Source of the DNA: Okamejei kenojei | Taxonomy: Eukaryota | Reading direction: 5' to 3' | Assembly (NCBI GenBank): GCA_035221665.1 | Contig: CM069172.1 | Location: 5,208,038-5,272,000, forward strand | DNA length: 63,963 nt | Shown here: piece after piece, positions 49,038-62,095 of the stretch | Layout: every line of letters begins with the position of its first letter | How positions within the stretch are numbered: the first letter of the stretch is position 1 | The notes under the pieces: generated by a model | Databases searched by the model: none | What the model saw: the letters and a program-made list of their open reading frames with translations, nothing else | Told to the model about the DNA's origin: nothing | Made by a program: the position numbers and the translations under genes

Positions 49038-49195
49038 TCTCTCTGTCCCACACATGAACACCATCTCTCTCACACACACTCGCTCACTCACACACACTCA
49101 CGCAAACACAGACACATTCTCTCACAAACAATCGCCACACACACACGCTCTCTCTTTCTCTCTCTCACACACGCACTCACTCAAACACACACACC
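48728..49195. repeat. Degenerate (CA/CT)n microsatellite
   Basis: Directly visible. Confidence 0.9.
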
Positions 49196-50334
49196 CTCAA
49201 GATCTCGGAGAAAACCCACACAGGTCACGGGGAGAACGTGCAAACTCCATACAGAAAGGCACCGGTGGTCAGGATTGAACCCGGGTGTCTGGCGCTGTGA
49301 GGCAGGAGCTCTACCCACTGCGCCACCGTGCCGCCCACATCTACAGTCTTTAGTGTTTCCCACCTGTATGTAGCCTGTCTCACCTCTGCCTGACATTGTT
49401 GGATTTCCACACAGAAACCTTCAATGCCTCCCTCGTCACTCCTATCGTCACTCCTCACGTTGCTGAAACACAAAGTGCTTGAGCAACTCAATGGGTCAGG
49501 CAGCATCTTTAGAGTCATAGAGTCTTACAGCATGGAAACAGGCCCTGTGGCCCAACTTGCCCACACCAGCCAACGAGCCCCATCTACACTAGTCCCACCT
49601 GCCCATATCCCTCCAAACAAGTCCTGTTCATGTTACCCTGTACAACTGTATTTTAAACGTTGCAATGATCCCAGCCTCAAGTACCTCATCTGGCAGCTCG
49701 TTCCATACACCCACCACCCTTTATGTGGAAAAAAGCTACCCATCAGGTTCCTTTAAATCTTCTCCCCTCTCATCTTAAATCTATGTCCTCTGGTCCTCGA
49801 TTGCCGTACTCTGGGCAAGAGACTCTGTGCATCTACCTGATCAGTTCCACCCAATGATTTTGCACACCTCTATAAGATCACCCCTCTTCCGCCTGCCCTC
49901 CAAGGAGTCCCAGCCTGCCCCAACCTCCCTGTAGCTCCGGCCTTCACTCCTGAAGGACAAGGGTAGGTGACGTTTCAGGTGAGGTATGTCTTTTATTTAC
50001 TGTTGTTCTCTTGAGTTTCATTGCCTGTATAACTCAATATCACCTACCCCAGAGCCAACAATGGACCATTGTGGGCTCAACATTTTACCTGATCATCGTT
50101 GCTTTTGCATATCTTTCATTTATTTGTGCCGTTTTTATATCTCTTGTTTCCTACTCCCCGACTCTCAGCCTCAAGAAGGGTCTCGACCCGTAACACCACC
50201 TATTCCTTTTCTCCAGATATGCTGACTGACCCGCTGGGTTACTCCAGCACTTTGTGTCTATCATTAATGTTTATACATTATCTTGTTTCAATGAGAAGGT
50301 GATATAGGATCGCTTTTAGAATTCACGTTCACAA

Positions 50335-52705
50335 GATCACGTTATAGGAGTAGAATTAGGCCATTCGGCCCATCGAGCACTCCGTAATTCAATCATGTCT
50401 CTCTGCTTAATCCCATTTTCGTGCCTTCTCCCCATAACTCTTGACGCCCATTCTAATCAAAAACTTGTTTATCTCTGCCTTAAAACTATCCACTGACATA
50501 GCCTCCACAGCCCTCTGTGGTAATGTTCCACAGATTAACTACCTTCTGACTAAAGACGTTCTTCCTTTCATTATTCTGTAAGTTTCAATGAGGTCCCCAC
50601 CTTCTGATCTCCAGTGAGTAGAGGCCCAGTGCTGTCAAGCGCTCATCATACGTTAACCCACTTATTCCTGGAATCATTCTTGTAAACCTCCTATGGATCC
50701 TCTCCAGAGCCAGCACATCCTTCCTCAGATACAGGGGTCAAATCTGCTCACAACATACCAAATACAGCCTGACCAGCGCCTTATAGAGCCTCAGCAGTAC
50801 ATCCCTGTTGTTTGTATTTCAGACCTCTTGATATAAATGCAAGCATTGACTTTGCATTCCCTCCAACTGTTCGGCTTGCAAATTAACTTTATGTGAATCC
50901 TGCACCAGCACTCCCAAGTCCCTTTGCACATCTGATTTCTGGATTCTCTCACCATTTAGAGAATACGCCTTTACTCTTATTACCAAAATGCATGACTTCA
51001 CACTTTGCAATACTGAATTTCATCTCCTACTTCTCTGCCCACTCTCCTAACCTGCCCAAGTCCTTCTGCAGAGTCCTTGCTTTCTCGACGCTACCTACCT
51101 CAGCATCATCTGTAAACTTGGCCACAAAGCCTTCGATCTCCTTATCCAAATCATTAATATACAACGTTACGAGAAGCAGCCCCAGCACCGACCATTGCGG
51201 AACTCCACTGGTCACTGGCAGCCAACACCATAAAGCTCCTTTTATTGCAACTCTTTGCCTTCTGCCATCCAGCCAATCCGCTATCCATGCTTGTATCTTC
51301 CCTTTTATACCATGAATTCTCATCTTCCCCAGCAGCCTAACGTACGGCACCTTATTGAAGACTTTCAGAAAATCTAGTTAAAGAAACATAGAAAATAGGT
51401 GCAGGAGTAGGTCATTCGGCCCATCCAAACAGCACCGCCATTCAAAATTACCACGGCTGATCATCCAAAATCAGTACCCCATTCCTGCTTTCTCCCCATA
51501 TCCCCTGGTTCTGTTCACACTCAGAGCTAATTCTAACTTTCTCTTGAAAACATCCAGTGAATTGGCCTCCACTGCCTTCTGTGGCAGAGATTTCCACAAA
51601 TTCACAACTCTCTGGGTGAAAAGGATTTTCCTCAACTCAGTCCTAAATGGCCTACCCCTTATTCTTAAACTGTGGCCCCTGGTTCTGGACTTCCCCAACA
51701 TCGGGGACATTTTTCCTGCATCTAGGCTGTCCAATCCCTTCAGAAATGTTCTATGTTTCTTTAAGATCCCCTCTCATCCCTCAAGTCCAGTGAATACAAG
51801 CCCTGTCAAACTATTATTTCCTTATATGTCAGTCCAGCCATCCCCGGAATTAACCTGGTGAACCCACGCTGCACTCCCTCAATAGCAAGAATGCCCTTCC
51901 TCAAATTAGGTGACCAAAACTGCACACAATACTCCGGGTGTGGTTCATGAGGGCCCTGTACAACTGTAGAAGGCCCACCTTGCTCCTTTTCTCAAATCCA
52001 CTCGCTATGAAGGCCTACATGCCATTTTCTTTCTTCACTGCTTTCTTTCATCCACAGCCACCACTCTGTCTGTCCTGGTATTAACTTCCTCAAAGAACTC
52101 CAGCAGATTTGTCAGGCAAGATCTTCCCTTCACAAAACCACGCTGACCGGTCCATTTTACCGTAAACTTCTACGTACTGCATAACCTCTTCCTTTACAAT
52201 GGACTCTAAAATCTTATCAACCACTGAAGTCAGGCTAACCGGCCTATAGTTTCCGCTCTTCTGCTTTGATCCCTTATTGTACAGCGGGATGATATTCGTA
52301 AATTCCCAATCTTCATGGACCACTCCTAACTCTAATGATTCTTGAAATATCACAACTAATGCCGCCACAATCTCTGAGACCACCTCATTCAGAACCCTGG
52401 GGTGCAGTCCATCCGGTCCAGGTGACTTATCCATCCTCAGACATTTCCGTTTTCCTAGCACCTTCTCCTTAGTAATCGCCACTGCACTAACTTCCACTCC
52501 CTGTCTCCCTAGGATTGCATGCACACTGATGGTGTCCTCCACGGTGAAGACTGATGCAAAAAATTTATTAAATTCCTTTCCATTTCTTTATTTCTCCTGC
52601 ATCATTTTCCAGGGGCTCAACGTCCACTCTTGCCTCTTTTTTTACTCTTTATATATCCATAGAAACTCTTGGTATCCTCTTTTACATTATTGGCCAGCTT
52701 ACATT
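50335..52705 (-). mobile_element. Nested decayed CR1/HER1 fragments
   Basis: KSPGPDGLHPRVL, NYRPVSLTS, VPQWSVLG, KFTDD and RVVNLW motifs. Confidence 0.8.
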
Positions 52706-53112
52706 CATACTGAATGCGGGCAGGTGGGACTAGTGTATCTGGGACATGTTGGCCGGTGTGGGCAAGTTGGGCTGAAGGGCCTGTTTCCACACTATCACCC
52801 TATGACTCTAACTCTCGTCAGAGAGAGGAGAACTTTTCAAAGTAGACATATCTTGAGATTTCATAGTGGAGCAGACAAAATGTTTAGGAAGGAACTGCAG
52901 ATGCTGGTTTAAACCAACGATAGACACAAAATGCTGTAGTAACTCAGCGGGTCAGGCAGCATCTCTGGAGAGTAGGAATGGGTGACGTTTCAGGTCGAGA
53001 CCCTTCTATAGACTAGTTACATTCGTACTTCATCTTTTCTCTCCGTACTGTCCTGGTTGGCGAGTGGAATTCTGCCGTGTTAACTCGCGTTTAAACCTTT
53101 GTTTGTCTTTAG

Positions 53113-53394
53113 ATGCTCCACGTAATCTCTCAATCACTTCCCACGATGATGCGAACAGTTCCCGGGTCATTGTAAAGGAAGGAAACTTTGCAGCGATCCT
53201 CTGCTCCGTCCAGAGTTTCCCAGCAGCTAACCTGACGTGGGTACATCTCGGTGTCACGCTGAACACAACACGTTCCAGCAACGAGCTGTGGATGCAGTTC
53301 CCTCAGCTGACACGGCAAAACGCTGGGGTCTATCAGTGTGTGGCGGAGAATGAACACGGGACAGCAGAGAGGGATGTGACCCTCACTGTAGAAT
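53113..53394 (+). CDS. Siglec/MAG-like gene (right copy): duplicated C2-set exon b'
   Basis: tag| ... |gtgagt, 282 nt, open frame, close paralog of 48374-48655. Confidence 0.9.
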
Positions 53395-54220
53395 GTGAGT
53401 AGACACACACTAACACGTCCCTCAAAACGTCATAAGTGACAGGGGCAGAATTAGATTGTCGAATGGCCAAGTCTACTCCACCATTCAATCATGGCTGATC
53501 TATCTCTCTCTCCTAACCCCGTTCTCCTGCCTTCTAATAGAGCCATAGAGTTATAGAGCCATAGTCATAGTCATATAGAGGCATAGAGTGATACAGTGTG
53601 GGAACTGCTCAACTTGCTTTCAACAGCCTACATGTCCCAGCTACATTAGTCCCACCTGCCCATGTTTGGCCCATATCCCTCCAAACTTGTCCTATCCATG
53701 TACTTGTCTGTTTCTCAAACGCTGGGATAGTCCCAGCCTCAACGACCTCCTCTGCAGCTCATTCCATACAACAACTACCCTTTGTATGAAAAAGTCCCCC
53801 TCTAGATTTCTTTGAAATATTTTCCTTCACCTTGAACCTATGTTCTCTGGTCCTCGATTCACCTACTCTGGGCAAGAGACTCGGTGCGTCTACCCGATCT
53901 ATTCCTTTCATGATTTTAAACACCTCTATAAGATCACCCCTCATCCTCCTGCACTCCAAGGAAGAGAGTCCCAGCCTGCTCAACCTTTCCCTACAGCTCA
54001 GGCCCTCTAGTTCTGGCCTCATCCTCATGAATCTTCTCTGCACCCGTTCCTGCTTGACAACAGCTTTCCTATATTTCCTCTCTCCTCTACTAAGATGAGG
54101 AAGATTAGATAAAATTATTTGAAGCATTGTGTGCAGTTCTGGTCACCACATTACAGGAAGGATGTGGTCAGGGTGCAGAACGCTGCCTGGATTAGAGAGT
54201 ATTACCAATAAGGAGTTTAA

Positions 54221-54530
54221 AGGGGGGCACAGTGGTTCAACGGTAGAGTTGCTGCCTCACAGCACCAGAGAGCCGGGTTCAATCCTCACTACGGGTGCTT
54301 GTCGGTACGGAGTTTGCAGGTTCACCCCATGACCTACGTGAGTTTTCTTTGGGTGCTCCGGTTTCCTCCCACACTGCAAAGATATACAGGTGTGCAGGTT
54401 AATTGGCTTGGTATATGTGTAAATTGTCCTTAGTGTGTGCAGGATAGTATAAGTGTGTGGGGATCGCTGGTCGGCATGGACACAGTGGGCCGAAGGGCCT
54501 GTTTCCGTGCTGTATCTCTAAACTAAATTA
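54221..54530 (+). mobile_element. HE1/V-SINE-type SINE
   Basis: Mirror of 5272-5580; B-box-like GGTTCAATCC. Confidence 0.8.
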
Positions 54531-55294
54531 AAGAAGAGGTTGGATAGACTTTCTCTGGAGTTCATGTTCATAAGTGATGGGAGCACAATAAGGCCATTCG
54601 GCCCATCAAGTCTACTCTGCCATTCGATCATGGCTGATCTATTTCTCCCTCCCCTGCCCCATTCCCCTGCCTTCTCCCCATAACCTCTGACACCCGTACT
54701 AATCAAGAATCTATCTATCTCCGCCTTAAATATATCCACTGACCTGGCCTCCACTGCTGTCTGTGGCAAAGAATTCCACAGATTCACCACCCAGTTCAAA
54801 GGCTGAGGGGAGACCTGACAGAAATATATAAAACTATGAGTTGCATTGAGAAGATAGACAGTCAGAATCTTTTTCACATGGTGCAAATGTCAAGATTGAG
54901 AGGGCAGAGCTTTAAGGTGAGAGGGGAAAATCGTAAAGGAGACGTACGGGGCAACTTTTACAATACGATACGAGATGATAGAACTTTATTTATCCCAGGA
55001 GAGTACTAAAAACACAAAATACCCAAAAAACAAAATACTTAAAATATGAAATTAAAGTGACGAGTGGAAAGGCTTGGGGGCTGTGCAAAGTTTACGTGGG
55101 AGGGAGGGGGCTGGTGGGGAGGCGAGTCAGTCTCAGTCAACACTACAACAGGAGGGGGAGGAGTTGTACAGTTTGACAGGCACAGGGAAGAAGGATCTCC
55201 TGTGGCGTTCGGTCCTGCATCTTGGTGGAACCAGTCTGTTGCTGAAGGTGTTCCTCAGGTTGACCAATGTGTCTGGGAAGGGGAGGAGAAAGCC

Positions 55295-55475
55295 GGGACT
55301 ACCTGAAATTAGAGAAGTCAATGTTCATACCGCTGGGGTGCAAACTGCCCAAGCGAAATTTTTCGGTGGGCCTCACTCTGGCCATGGAGGAGGCCCAGGA
55401 CAGAAAGGTCGGATTCGGAATGTGAGGACGAGTTGAAGTGCTGAGCCAGTGGGAGATCAGGTTGGTTATTGCAAT
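55295..55475 (-). mobile_element. Penelope-like GIY-YIG C-terminal fragment
   Basis: NQPDLPLAQHFNS...LGSLHPSGMNIDFSNFR. Confidence 0.72.
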
Positions 55476-55944
55476 GCTGGAGTAACTCAGTGGGACCGGC
55501 AGCAAGACCCTTCTTCAGACTAATTATATTTGTTGATAAGATAATTGTACTCCCTGGTAAACTGTTTAACAGACCATGGAGAGCATCTGCACCACGCTGC
55601 CAAGGGGAGTGACGGAGGCAGATCCTTCTCTCCAGAGATGCTGCCTGTCCCGCTGAGTTTACTCCAGCCATGTTGCGTTTGATCTCATTGAAACTTAGAA
55701 AAATAGGTGCAGGATTAGGCCATTCTGCCCTTCAAGCCAGCACCACCATTCAATATGATCTTGGCTGATCTACTAAAATCAGTACCCCAGAGTCCTGCTT
55801 TTTCCCCATATCCCTTGATTCCTTTGGCCCTAAGTGCTAAATCTAACTCTCTTGAAAAAAATCCAGTGAATTGGACTCCACAGCCTTCTGTGGCAGAGAA
55901 TTGCACATTCACAACTCTCTCGTGTCTTGTTCCTCCCTCTCCGG

Positions 55945-56238
55945 ATGTGCCAGAGATTTCCTGGGATTCGGGATGCACTCACACACCTGAGAGTGTCACC
56001 TGTGTGTGTGCGGCCAGGTGTAACCCACCCGGAGAGCTCACCTGGTGCCTCCCCCTCACCAACCTCAGCGGAAATCAAACCCACGGACGTCTCCACATCT
56101 GGCAGGTGGCAAGCGGGCATCTGGTGTATGGCTCCCTCACTCTGAGAGTGGTTGTGGGATGGGAGGATGTGACGGCCTTATGTTCAGTCCGAAACCGGCA
56201 CGGGGAAGCCATGCTCATGGTGTATCTGTCGATGGAAG
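55945..56238 (+). CDS. Siglec/MAG-like gene (right copy): membrane-proximal Ig exon resembling MAG domain 5; non-canonical acceptor
   Basis: 294-nt phase 1-1 open frame (VPEISWDSGC...VTCVCAARCNP...GSLTLR...CSVRNRHG) with G|gtgagg donor, but the pyrimidine tract ends in cgg, not cag. Confidence 0.7.
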
Positions 56239-56898
56239 GTGAGGACATCTCTGGGTGAGGGAAGTCAGAGAGCCAGAAAGCCATACTTTAATGGCCATTT
56301 CTAACTTTTACAATGTCCAACTTTCCGTTGCCATTACTACACACGTAAGTAGGAGTGATCTTACACAGACCAACAAAGAACAGATCTTCCAGTCATTCTT
56401 TATTGAAGTAGTTGTACAAACAAAGATATGGACGTACCAGGTTCTCTTTATTCTCATACAAGTTGTAACTTCCTGTTCTCTTGACCTGTGTGATCTGTGT
56501 ACCCTCCACCTCCTGTAGCTGGTCTGAATCACTCCCTGTCCACTAAGCCCATGTGTTACACCCCTCCATGCATCAAATGACCGCCATCAACTGTCCAAAA
56601 TAATACCGCTAGAAATATCTATGCAAAATAATATAATATGCCAACAGAAGCTGGCCTAAACATAAATGACTCCTATAAATACCGTCGACCTTCGACCCAA
56701 CTTCCCCACACCAGCCAACATGTCGCACCTACACCAGTCCCACCTGCCTGCATTTGGCCCATACCCCTCCAAACCTGACCTCATTGTGTACCTGTCTAAT
56801 TCTCGAGTGCTGGCAACATTCTCATTACACAACACCCTTAGCGTTGTGTAATGAACCGGATTTCATAAGGGAACTCGAGGCAAAGGAAGCCATTAGGA

Positions 56899-57076
56899 CA
56901 GTGGTTCTTAACCTTTTTGGCACCAGTACAAAATACTGTATATGGTATGTACTTTTGATAGATCCCTAACCATTGTCTCAACAAATTGATGTGTTATTAG
57001 AGTTCCCTTCATGACCCCCGGCAAAGCCCCAAATGACCTCCATTGTGGGTCACAACCCCCAGGTTAAGAACCACTG
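56899..57076. mobile_element. hAT (Charlie-like) MITE, 178 bp
   Basis: Perfect 16-bp TIRs CAGTGGTTCTTAACCT and perfect 8-bp TSD CATTAGGA. Confidence 0.9.
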
Positions 57077-57099
57077 CATTAGGAGGTAGTGACTATGTT

Positions 57100-60000
57100 T
57101 TAATCTACAATGTGAGAGGGAGAAGGGCAAATCAGAAATGTCAGTATTACGGTTGAACAAAGGGGACTATGGAGCCATGAGGGAGGAGCTGGCCAAAGTT
57201 GATTGGAAAGATTCCCTGGCAGGGATGACAGTGGAACAACAATGTCGGGTATTTCTGGGAATAATACAGAAGGTACAGGATCAGTTTATTCCAAAGAGAA
57301 AGAAAGATTCCAAGGGGAGTAAGGGGTGACCGTGGCTGACAAGGAAAGTCAGGGGGAGCATAAAAATAAAAGAGAAGAAGTATAACACAGCAAAGATGAG
57401 CGGGAAGCCAGATGATTGGGTAACTTTTAAAGAGCAACAGAAGATAACTAAAAAGGTAATGCGTTGAGAAAAGATGAGGTACGAAGGTAAGCTAGCCAAG
57501 AATATAAAGGAGGATAGTAAAAGCTTCTTTAGGTATGTGAAGAGGAAAAAATTAGTTAAGACCGAAGTTGGAATCTTGAAGACTACAACAGGTGAATTTA
57601 TTATGGGGAACAAGGAAATGGCAGACGAGTTGAACAGGTACTTTGACAATATACAATAGACAATAGGAGCAGAGTAGGCAATTTGTCCCTTCGAGCCAGC
57701 ACCGCCATTCAATTTGATGGCTGATCATCCACATTCCTGCCTTCTCACCATATCCCTAGTCTCCGCTATCTTAAGAGCTCCATCTAACTCTCTTGAAATC
57801 ATCCGATCCATCTTCACTAAGGAAGACACAAACTATCTCCCTGATGTACTAGTGTCCAGAGAATCTAGGGTCTCTTTTCACACAGAGAGTGGTGAATCTG
57901 TGGAATTCTCTGCCACAGAAGGTAGTTGAGGCCAGTTCATTGGCTATATTTTAAGAGGGAGTTAGATGTGGCCATTGTGGCTAAAGGGATAGAAACATAG
58001 AAACATAGAAATTAGGTGCAGGAGTAGGCCATTCAGCCCTCGAGCCTGCAATTCAATATGGGCATCAGGTACAGGGCCACATCCAACTCACTCTTAAATA
58101 TAGACTGAACTGGCGTGGCAGAGAGTGAGACTCACCACTCTTGCCATCCAACGAATTTTGTAAGTTTCTATAAGATCCAATGAGCCGAGTGCCAGGACTC
58201 GAGGAATCAGCTGGTGACCTTCTCTGCACTCCCTCTATGGCCTGCCCCATTTTTTTTTGCCTATGTGCATGGACTGATGACACTGCTGCAAAATAACTCA
58301 CATTCAGGGGAAGTGGAGGAAGGCAGGTACAGGTACTGATTGGATGTAGACTGATTGACGGGCCCCCAGGGCCTGATGACCTGCATCCCAGGGTACTTAA
58401 GGAAGTGGCTCGAGAAATCGTGGACGCATTGGTGATCATTTTCCAATGTTCTATTGATTCAGGATCACGTCCTGTGGTTTGGAGGATAGCTAATGTTCTC
58501 CCACTTTTTAAGAAAGGTGAGAGAGAGAAAACTGGGAATTATAGACCAGTTAGCGTGACATAGGTGGTGTAGAAGATACTGCAGTTAATTATAAAAGATG
58601 AAATAGCGGCATATTTGGAAAACAGTAACAGGATCGGTCCGAGTCAGCATTGATTTACGGAGGGGAAATCATGCTCGACTAATCTTCTGGCATTTTTTGA
58701 GGATGTAACTCGGAAAAGGGACAATGCAGAGCCAGTGGATGTAGTGTACATGGACTTTCAGAAAGTACTAGACTAAGTGGGACCCATTGGGTCCCAGTCA
58801 GCACGAGGGGTCTGTGGTGGTGGGGGGGGGGAGTGGGGGGGTATGGTGGGAGAGGAAGTGTGCATGTGGGCTGGAGGTGTTTGTGAGTGGGGGAGGAGGG
58901 ATGTGTGTATTGGGGGGGGGGGGGGTGTGATGTGGGGGAGGGAAGATGTGGCAGGGGGGTTGTGGGATGGGGAGGGGTGTTTGTGGGCAGAGGAGTGTGG
59001 AGGAGAGGGGTGTGTGTGGACGGTGGGGGTAGTGACGAGGAGGAGGGTTGTGGGCAGTGGGTGTTATGGAGGAGGGGTTTGCGGGTGGGGAGGTGTGTGT
59101 AGGGGGTAGGGGGGTTGTGTGGGCTTATGGGGGAGAGGGGGGGTGTGGGGGAGGGGGGAGGGGGGTTGTGGGGGAGAATGGGGGGGGTGGGGGGGGGGGG
59201 TTTGTGGGGGAGGGGGTTGTGGGGAGAATGGGGGGGTGAGAATGGGGGGGTTGTGGGGGAGGGGGGGAGAGGGGGGGTTGTGGGGGAGGGTGGGTTGGGG
59301 GAGGGGGAGTGGGGTTTGTGGGGGGGGGGGGTTTGTGGGGGAGGGGGGTTGTGGGGGAGGGGGGTTTGTGGGGGGGGGGTTTTGGGGATAGGGGGGTTGT
59401 GGGGGGGTTTGTGGGGGGAGAGGGGGCTTGTGGGGGAGAGGTACGGGTGGTGTGGCATTGTGGGGAGGCATTGTGGGTGGTGGCAAATTGTGGGGGTGTG
59501 TGGGCGGGGGGGTTGTCGGGGATGAGGGGTGTGTGGTCGGGGTTATGTGTGGGCATGGGGGTGTGTGGGAGGGAGGAGGGGTATTTGGCGGGGTTGAGGG
59601 GTGGAGGGGAGGGGTGTGGGGGCAGGGCGGAGAGAGCTCGGAGAAAAGACGGGGTAAGTGCCATGGGGGAGAGTGCGGTATTACGGGGGAGGGGGGTTGG
59701 AGCCAGCGAGGGGGACTAGAGGGGAAGGTGTTGGAAATCCGATGGGGACTCACAGCGGGCGCTGGTCGCTTCACTTCCCTGGTCGTTCTCCTCCACCGGG
59801 AGTCTCCGCTTTCCGTTAGGCAACATCAGCACCATCTCCGACGCCGCGCTGGCTGGGCTGGGTCGGACTGGGCCGGGTTGGGCCATCCAGAGCCTCCCAC
59901 AGCTGCAGTAAAAACGCAGGGGGGGTGGTAAGAGAGCTTGGGGTGTGTGTGGCAGGGAGAGGATGGTGAGGGGTGTGTGGGAGGGAGGGATGTGTGTGGG

Positions 60001-62095
60001 TGGGAGGGAGGGGTGTGGGTGGGTGGGAGGAGGCGGTGGGGTGTGAGGGGGAGGGGGGTTGGCAGGGGGAGTGGAGAGAGTTCGGAAAAAAGACGGGGAT
60101 GAGCCATGGTGAAGCGTGCGGTATTACAGGTGTGGGGGGCAGGAGGCCAGCGAGGGGGACCAGAGGGGGAAGGGGTTTTGGGAGCGATGGGGACTCACAG
60201 GGGCGCTGGTCGCTTCGCTGGTTGTTCTCCTCCGCACGGCTCGTGACTCAATCAGCACGGCTTGTGGACTCATCCCCGCCTCTGGGGCTTTACTCTCCTC
60301 GTGCGCCCGGTGATTAACAGCGTTACCTTCATGGTGACTGACAGGCCCGAAGACCGATCTGCTGATCTCACGATTTTTAAAACCTTAATGCTTTTGTAAT
60401 CTACCATCGATCGGAACATAACTTGGTGCGCTTGGAACACAGGAGAACGGTGAGTAAGGTGGCGAAAAAAACCTAGTGATATAGGGTACCGTTTTTCGCA
60501 CAAATTTAAAAGAAAACGCAGACTGGAAGTAGTCAAGATGAGACTTTTAGTAATAGTGTAGATAGATAGAAGCTAGATTTTATCAGGATGCATCGCAGCT
60601 TGCTATGGGAACAGCTCCATCCAAGATCGCCACAGGTTCTTCGGCCCACCATGTCCATGCCTGCCCTTTTTTTCGGCCCATCTATTGGTATGGTTGTATA
60701 ATTGCCATGTGTACCAGAATTCAGTGTTTGCACGCAACCCAGGCAAGTCGTACTGTATAAGGCCATAAGTGATAGTAGCAGAATTAAGCCACTCGGCCCA
60801 TCAAGTCTGCTCTGCCATTCAATCATGGCCGATCTATCTCTCCTAACCCCATTCTCCTGTCTTCTCCCCATAACCTCTGACAGCAGTAATAGTATAGATA
60901 GATTTGATAAGGTCCCACATAGGAGATTAGTAGGGAAAATTAGAGCACATGGTATTGGGGGTAGGGTACTGATATGGATAGAGAATTAGTTGGCAGACAG
61001 GAAACAAAGAGTAGGGATTAAGGGGTCCCTTTCAGAACGGCAAACAGTGACTAGTGGGGTACCGCAAGGCTCGGTGCTGGGACCGCAGCTATTTACAATA
61101 TATGGCAATGATTAGATGAAAACAACATCAGCAAATTTGCAGAAGACACAAAGCCGGGTGGCAGTGTGAACTGTGAGGGGGATGCTATGAGAATGCAGGG
61201 TGACTTCGACAGGTTGGGTCAGAGGGCGGATGCATGGCAGATGCAGTTTAATGTGGATAAATGTAAGGTTATCTCTTTGGTGGCAAAAACAGGAAGGCAG
61301 ATTATTACCTGCATGATGTCAAGTTGGGAAAAGGGGCAGTACAAAGAGATCTGGGGGCTCTTGTTCATCACAAAACTGAAAGTAAGCATGCAGGTACAGC
61401 AAGCAGCGAATAAAACCAATGGCATGTTGGCCTTCATAACAAGAGGAGTTTGAGTATAGGAGCAAAGTGGCCCTTCTGCAGATGTACAGGGCCTTGTGAG
61501 ACCACACCTGAAGTATTGTGTGCAGTTTTGATCTCCAAATTTGAGGAAGTACATTTATGCGATTGAGGGAGTGCAGCGTAGGTTCACGCGGTTAATTCCC
61601 AGGATGCCGGGACTGTCATATGTTGATAGAATGAAGTGGCTGGGCGACCGAGCCACTTTGATAGAAAAGAAATGGCTCTGAGACTGGCATTCTGGCATTT
61701 AGAAGGATGAGAAGGGATCTTATTGAAACATGAAAGATTATGAAGGGGATTGACACGCTGGGGGCAGGAAAGATGTTCCCGATGTCGGGGGAGTCCAGAA
61801 CCAGGGGCCACAGTTTAGGAATAAGGGGACGGCCATTTAAAATGGAGATGAGGAAAAACATTTTTACCCAGAGAGTTGTGTGTCTGTGGAATTCTCTACC
61901 TCAGAAAGCAGTGGAGGGCAATTCTCTGGATGCTCTCAAGGGAGAGTTAGATAGAGCTCTTAAAGATCAGTGTCAAGGGATATGGTGAAAAGACAGGAAC
62001 AGGGTACTGAATGTGGATGATCAGCCATGATCACATTGAATGGCGGTGCTGGCTAGAAGGGCCGAATGGCCTACTCCTGCACCTATTGTCTATTG
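57100..62095 (+). mobile_element. Decayed CR1/HER1 LINE interrupted by other CR1 pieces and a Helitron
   Basis: ORF2 remnants; the DFQKxFDKVPH motif is split between 58767 and 60903. Confidence 0.8.
58768..60902 (-). mobile_element. Non-autonomous Helitron
   Basis: Minus strand: A|TCTATCTATACTATTACT ... hairpin TGGGACCCA-a-TGGGTCCCA ... CTAG|T, no TSD; host CR1 is restored on removal. Confidence 0.88.

Larger units (their letters stand above)
37985..59570. repeat. Right arm of the inverted segmental duplication (outer limit set only by the window start of the left arm)
   Basis: Same anchors; similarity stops abruptly at 37985 inside an old Gypsy gag remnant. Confidence 0.93.

Noticed and set aside
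54221-54300. tRNA gene
   Set aside because: It is the tRNA-derived head of an HE1/V-SINE; no full cloverleaf.
1-59570. Palindrome as a fold-back read artefact
   Set aside because: Arms differ by a DIRS1 insertion, several kb-scale indels and many V-exon substitutions, and enclose a 13.5-kb spacer. A haplotype mis-join is still not excluded.
59748-59840. Possible minus-strand exon (ATG...T|gtgagt) of another gene
   Set aside because: It lies in an internally duplicated Helitron segment with no recognisable protein similarity or partner exons; gene capture is unsupported.
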